The notes under the pieces are model-generated. The model was not told the origin of the DNA. It made no database searches and saw nothing but the letters and a program-made list of their open reading frames with translations. A DNA stretch of 64,000 nucleotides from Ascidiella aspersa. Its lineage: Eukaryota. Location of the stretch: NCBI GenBank assembly GCA_963924565.1, contig OZ004607.1:33976001-34040000 (forward strand), read 5' to 3'. Position 1 is the first letter of the stretch. Each line of letters opens with the position of its first letter. Positions 58,763-64,000 of this stretch are shown piece by piece. The position numbers and the translations under genes are program-made.

Positions 58763-60652
58763 ATGTGGAAAGTTGTCCGACACCCAAACCTTGCCACTGC
58801 GACATGGCATTCCCTTAAAAACAGAATCGCAACCACATCATCGGTGGCCATCAGTGCAAGCCGCTTCCAATCGTCAAAGTCCAGAGAACCAGTAGAATCA
58901 AAATCATTTGTGATGAACCTATTCCGAGGGCACCTCGCAACTGAGCAAATTTTTCCTTATCCAAAAGCAATCACGGAAGAGGAGTCGGAGTTTGCAAAGT
59001 CACTCATCGATCCAATTAACAAGTTTATGCTGGAAGTAAATGATGCAGCAAAGAACGACGAGCTTGCTCAAATTGAAGATCACACACTAGAGGGCCTTAA
59101 GGAGCTAGGGGCATTTGGCCTTCAGGTTCCAGTGGAATTAAACGGCATCGGCCTCACCAACACTCAGTATGCTTGCCTCGTGGAAGTTGTGGGAAGATAT
59201 GACATGGGTGTTGGTATCGCTTTGGGTGCGCATCAGTCCATTGGCTTTAAGGGCATTCTGCTATTCGGAAATCCTGAACAGAAGAAAAAGTACCTTCCCC
59301 GACTCGCCACGGGTGAAATCTTGGCCGCTTACTGCTTGACTGAGCCCTCCAGTGGTTCGGATGCTGCTTCTATCCAAACAAAGGCTGTTAAGAGTGACTG
59401 CGGAAAGTACTACATCATGAATGGAGGAAAAATATGGATTAGCAACGGAGGAATCGCTGAAATTTTCACTGTTTTTGCCAAGACTCCTGTGAAGCAGGCT
59501 GATGGCACAACAAAGGACAAGATTTCAGCGTTTATCGTTGAAAGGTCCTTTGGTGGAGTTACAAGTGGCCCTCCGGAAGTCAAGATGGGCATTAAAGCTT
59601 CCAACACTGCCGAAGTGCATTTCGAGGATGTGAAGATCCCGGTTGAGAATCTAATCGGAGAAGAAGGCGAAGGTTTTAAGATCGCAATGCAGATCCTCAA
59701 CAATGGAAGGTTTGGCATGGCGGCAGCCTTGGCGGGTACGATGAAATCGATGATCGAAAAAGCTGTCGACCATGCCACCAACCGTGTCCAGTTTGGTAGC
59801 AAGCTGCACACTTATGGCAGCATTCAGGAAAAGCTAGCCGAAATGTCAATGCTGCATTTCGTCACGGAATCCATGGCCTACATTGTTTGCGGCAACATGG
59901 ATGCCGGGCACGCTGATTTTCAGCTGGAGGCGGCAATTAGCAAAATATTTGCTTCCGAAGCTGCATGGAAGGTTACCGACGAATGTATTCAAATCCTTGG
60001 TGGAATGGGCTACATGAAAGACTGCGGAGCTGAAAGGGTCCTGAGAGATATGAGGATCTTCCGAATCTTTGAAGGCACCAATGACATCCTTCGGTTGTTC
60101 ATTGCACTGACTGGAATGCAGTACGCTGGCAAATTTCTCGAGCCAGTATCCAAGGCCTTGAAGTCGCCTTTGACTAACTTGGGCACCTTGGCTAGCTTTG
60201 GTGTGTCTTATGCTACCAAGAGAGTTGGAGGGGGTTCCGCCCCATCTGTCGCACAACACACGCACTCCGATCTTTCTAATTCAGCCAACCTTACCGCCAA
60301 AGCTATACAGCAATTTGGAACGACCATCGAGGACCTGGCAATGAAGCATGGAAAGAAATTCATCCAAATGCAGTTTCTGCAAAATCGCATTGCGAATGCA
60401 ACGATTGACATTTTCGCCATGATTGCCGTAATCAGCCGCACCTCAGAGTCACTTAACAAGGGTAAGGCAAGCGCAAAGACCGAAGCGATGATGTGCGACG
60501 TCTGGTGCAATACAGCATACAAACGCATTCAAAGCAATTTAACACAGGTTACTGATTCTACTTCCTTGAAAGACTTTAAGAAAATGGCTGCCATATCCGA
60601 TGTGGTTGTTGAGAAGCAAGGTATATGTCAAGATCATCCCCTTGGCTTTTAA
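58763..60652 (+). CDS. ACADVL: Very long-chain specific acyl-CoA dehydrogenase, mitochondrial, 629 aa, intronless CDS
   Basis: Presequence, then [79 protein letters not shown] (catalytic Glu) and the VLCAD C-terminal extension ending HPLGF. The true start is the ATG at 58763, not the TTG at 58727. Confidence 0.95.
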   Translation: MWKVVRHPNLATATWHSLKNRIATTSSVAISASRFQSSKSREPVESKSFVMNLFRGHLATEQIFPYPKAITEEESEFAKSLIDPINKFMLEVNDAAKNDELAQIEDHTLEGLKELGAFGLQVPVELNGIGLTNTQYACLVEVVGRYDMGVGIALGAHQSIGFKGILLFGNPEQKKKYLPRLATGEILAAYCLTEPSSGSDAASIQTKAVKSDCGKYYIMNGGKIWISNGGIAEIFTVFAKTPVKQADGTTKDKISAFIVERSFGGVTSGPPEVKMGIKASNTAEVHFEDVKIPVENLIGEEGEGFKIAMQILNNGRFGMAAALAGTMKSMIEKAVDHATNRVQFGSKLHTYGSIQEKLAEMSMLHFVTESMAYIVCGNMDAGHADFQLEAAISKIFASEAAWKVTDECIQILGGMGYMKDCGAERVLRDMRIFRIFEGTNDILRLFIALTGMQYAGKFLEPVSKALKSPLTNLGTLASFGVSYATKRVGGGSAPSVAQHTHSDLSNSANLTAKAIQQFGTTIEDLAMKHGKKFIQMQFLQNRIANATIDIFAMIAVISRTSESLNKGKASAKTEAMMCDVWCNTAYKRIQSNLTQVTDSTSLKDFKKMAAISDVVVEKQGICQDHPLGF

Positions 60653-61269
60653 TGTTTAAATATGTATTAAACAAGTTTTTTGTCACTGTGCTGTTCTTTA
60701 TTATATAACATGCTGTTTAATCACAGATAATTGTTTGTAAATGTTTAAATTAAATTCTATATACGTGCAACTTCTTACTAACCTTCTTGAAAGCACATTT
60801 TGTAAGTACTTTTACAATGCATAGTTGGTACATTATAATTATTGATTCATTACCCGAAGTTTTTGCAGGACGATTTATATGTAAAGGACAATATGGGAGC
60901 TTTAATATTTACTGTGGTCCAGTATAAAACTTGTTGCTTGCCCTAAGCTGGTTGAAAAAGTCCAGTGTATGTATTTAAAGAGCCTGGTTATAAGTTTCTT
61001 GCCTGTATATGATGTAATTCTTATGCAAGATTTTTTTGGTCCTTCCACTTGAATAAAATATATGACTCAGTATCAGTATAATGTCAATCAAGGTGAGAAA
61101 ATGTGTATGAATTTTAGAAGGGTTATTGAAGTTAAACACTACAGATTTTTACTTATAACCAGTATCTATTCATCAAGATAAAGCAACCTATAGTATCACT
61201 GATTATTTTCTAACATTGTCTGTAAGAGGAAAATACTGTTATCATCTTTGGCCCTAATCAATATTTTGC

Positions 61270-61441
61270 AGGGAGTCGAACCAGAACTTTATGAACCGGT
61301 TTTGGTCCAAATTTTCCAGAACCGTAACCGAACCTGAACCGTTTAATGTAAGATACCGTAACCGAACCGTAACTGAACCCAATATTTTAAAAGAACCTAA
61401 ACCTTAACCGAACCCGAATCTGTTAAACAAAAGCGGTTCAC
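61270..61441. repeat. GAACCG/AACCG-repeat element end (DNA-transposon subterminal region)
   Basis: Clustered gaaccgtaaccgaacc motifs. Confidence 0.5.
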
Positions 61442-61976
61442 TCTAGCATGACGTCACAACCTCTATTTTACAGAGTCAAATTACGCCATGTTCGAAATTT
61501 TATGAAAATAAATGAATACTGATTAAAAAACATTGTTTTTTAATTTTTAGACATTTAAATAACGAGCTGCTTGTTTACATCACGTATAAACTCTACATTT
61601 ATTGACCCATATTTCATCTCATATTGCATCCGAACCAGAAGTTTATAAACCGGTTTTTCAGTGCATTTTAGGATCTACTACAATGTTCGGATCAGTGATT
61701 TGAAAGTTGTGGAGATTACTTTTTCTAAATCAATCTGTGATCAACACTTGGATTGTATTAGGTTCCAACTCACTCATATTAGAATCGCTAACACTTACTA
61801 CTTCTCAAACCACTTATACAGACTAATTAACCACAAAGAACACACAAGACATCAAATATTATTTAATTAAGTGAATTTCATGATGCATCACAGATTTGTG
61901 TTGATGGAGTGAATAGGTAAGCGGAGTACGTTGGTAACAGTGCTAAATATTTGGCAAAGCAATTTGCAACGAGTCT

Positions 61977-64000
61977 TTAGTCGGTCTTGGCCGATAGAAC
62001 CTTTCCTTCACAAGTTCCAAAACCAACACGGTAACCATCACCTTGACAAAAGCCTAAAAAAATTAAAAATAGTTTTATTTTGTATAAGTTAAACCTTATA
62101 ACCAGGTTCAACTTAAAATACTTAACTAAAAAGAAAAATAGGAAACCAATCATAGTTCATTTTTTAACGCTATTTAAAATACCACTTGATTTTAAATTTT
62201 AGGAAAGAATTGAACAATGCTTATTTTGAATAAGTGATTAGAAATGCTATTTTTTATTAAATATTTTTCAACATTCTATTTGTACTGGCAAAGCAAAGCA
62301 GTTTTGACAAACCTGACAGGATAACATTGTCACCATCTTTAATGAACTTGCGAGTCTGGCCGTTTCCCAGATCAACAGTCTTTGTACCTTTCCAGCATAG
62401 CTCAAGCATGCTGCCAAAACTGGTTGGATCCTAAAAAAATACAGTTTTAAACACTTTAAGAAGGTACAACTTTTCTGTTTGCAAAATAAAATGAAATTGT
62501 TTTAAATTGAACTGTAAAGCCAAACTACAAATGAAATATAAAAATTTATTTGAGCAACCGCATATGCAATATGGTTTTGTTTGCATCAGTTATGTTTAGA
62601 TGAGAACTTTAAAGTCTATTGAAAAAATTACTAAAATTAAACTTTATTCTCATTCAAACAACTTTTGCAATAATTTTTAACCAAAATGTAAAAACAAGAG
62701 GTTATGGACTAACGATCTTTCAACCTTAAAAATTGGTTTAACCTCATAAAAAAATAACAATGGGTATCACAGCAGTCAATATAATCAAAACATACTTCTC
62801 CACTGATGGTTCCAGAGGCGTACATGTCTCCAGTTTGTGAGTTGCAGCCGTTAACTGTGTGGTGGGCAAGTTGCTGCTTCATGGTCCAATACATGTACTG
62901 TGGAGACATTTGCAAAATTGAAGAACAAACAAATCGTCAAAGTTGACATTTACTATACACACAAGGTTGGCCTTTCAAAAAAACTGTTCAGTCAGTGATG
63001 ATAAAATTTAGTGGCAAAAGGCAATATAATTTAAATTAGTTTATTTTTAGAAACCTTTACCTTAAAGTTTGATCTGGTGATGATACTTGGTTCTGCCATT
63101 TCTTCACCTAAAATTTTAAAAAATCATAAGAAATTATTTCAAAATTATTAAAAATGTCATTAAGTTTAAAATAGGTCCTTGACATTTTTTTATTAACACA
63201 TTTAAAGAACAGTTTCTTTTTTGTCATTAGTAGGTAAAAACAAACACTTTTATTTTCATGACTTACCTTGAATTGCAACTGAAAGCTTAATGTCAAAGGT
63301 GTAGGGATCACTGTGTTGCAGATAGGGCAAAATCTCGACATCTTTTTCCATATTTTGGACAGCAAACGGGGCCAAAGCCTCCATGGTGACAACCCAAGGC
63401 GATATTGAAGTGCCAAAGTTTTTGCCCAAGAAAGGGCCGAGGGGCACGTATTCCCATTTTTGAATGTCTCTAGCTGCATAGAAAATAAACAATCAATTAC
63501 CTAACAAGAGGGTTGCCAAAATTTACAGTTTTTGTGGTGTATTTTACATTTCACATCAAAACAAGCTTGAAAATCAAGATTTTCCAGAACAACTGTGTAG
63601 CCTATTACATCCTGTTTTTTCTTTGTGTAATAATTACTATAAAAGCTGTTTTAGTTTGTATACTCAAAAGCTTGTGACGTCATTAGGCTACTATGCAACT
63701 TGTCTGAGTTTAAATTTCAGTTAAAGTGTGATATTTAAAAAAATTGTGATATTTAAAAACATCTTTTTAATGATTGCACCTTTGTACTTGTAATTGTCAA
63801 CCCTGGTTGCTAAGTAACCCATTTGCAATGACTGTTAGACAACTGGTAAATATGCAAGTACACTGTAAATGTATGCCTTGCAATGATTTAAAGATAAAAA
63901 TTTTAGCCTGTTTAAAACTATTGTTTACTGTTTTTAGACAGCATTCTTTTAGTATGAATAGTAAGGCTCTAGCATTTTACCTGACCAATCATTGACAAGA
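61977..64000 (-). CDS. FAH: Fumarylacetoacetase, 3' part (gene continues beyond the window)
   Basis: Exons 63981-64000 (partial), 63267-63473, 63061-63107, 62796-62897, 62313-62430, 61977-62053. Motifs [69 protein letters not shown]. Confidence 0.96.

Noticed and set aside
59410-60528. Three minus-strand ORFs of 106-139 aa
   Set aside because: Antisense to the ACADVL CDS with no independent signal.
58727-60652. ACAD9 or bacterial horizontal-transfer origin for the intronless ORF
   Set aside because: The motifs match animal VLCAD ([23 protein letters not shown]) and there is a mitochondrial presequence.
61270-61441. Short repeated motifs as a CRISPR-like array
   Set aside because: Irregular 5-6-bp motifs with no spacers, in eukaryotic context.

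Overview
AT-rich, intron-containing eukaryotic (metazoan) DNA. The compact, chordate-like housekeeping genes and patchy CpG retention suggest a tunicate or similar invertebrate chordate, but this is inference. I assembled the spliced genes by hand from GT/GC-AG sites and reading frame: the first exon of an unidentified, probably mitochondrial protein (-), a 9-exon coiled-coil gene (+), TIMM10 (-), UFC1 (+), COA5 (-), GTF2H1 (+), RUVBL2 (-), a Ly6/uPAR-domain mucin-like surface protein (-) followed in frame by a second mucin ORF, an intronless ACADVL (+) and the 3' part of FAH (-). Introns and intergenic DNA hold a 5'-truncated Penelope-like retroelement with inverted hammerhead-bearing repeats, a GG-terminated MITE with 8-bp TSDs (Merlin-like) and many hAT-type MITEs. 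Best leads: (1) the Ly6-mucin locus, where one in-frame stop separates two mucin+anchor modules; (2) the hammerhead core is broken only in the copy on the host's sense strand; (3) all Merlin-like MITE copies lie near gene 5' ends; (4) three GC-AG introns among about 43; (5) an intronless ACADVL; (6) a templated insertion with a 39-bp duplication. I saw no CRISPR array, rRNA or tRNA.
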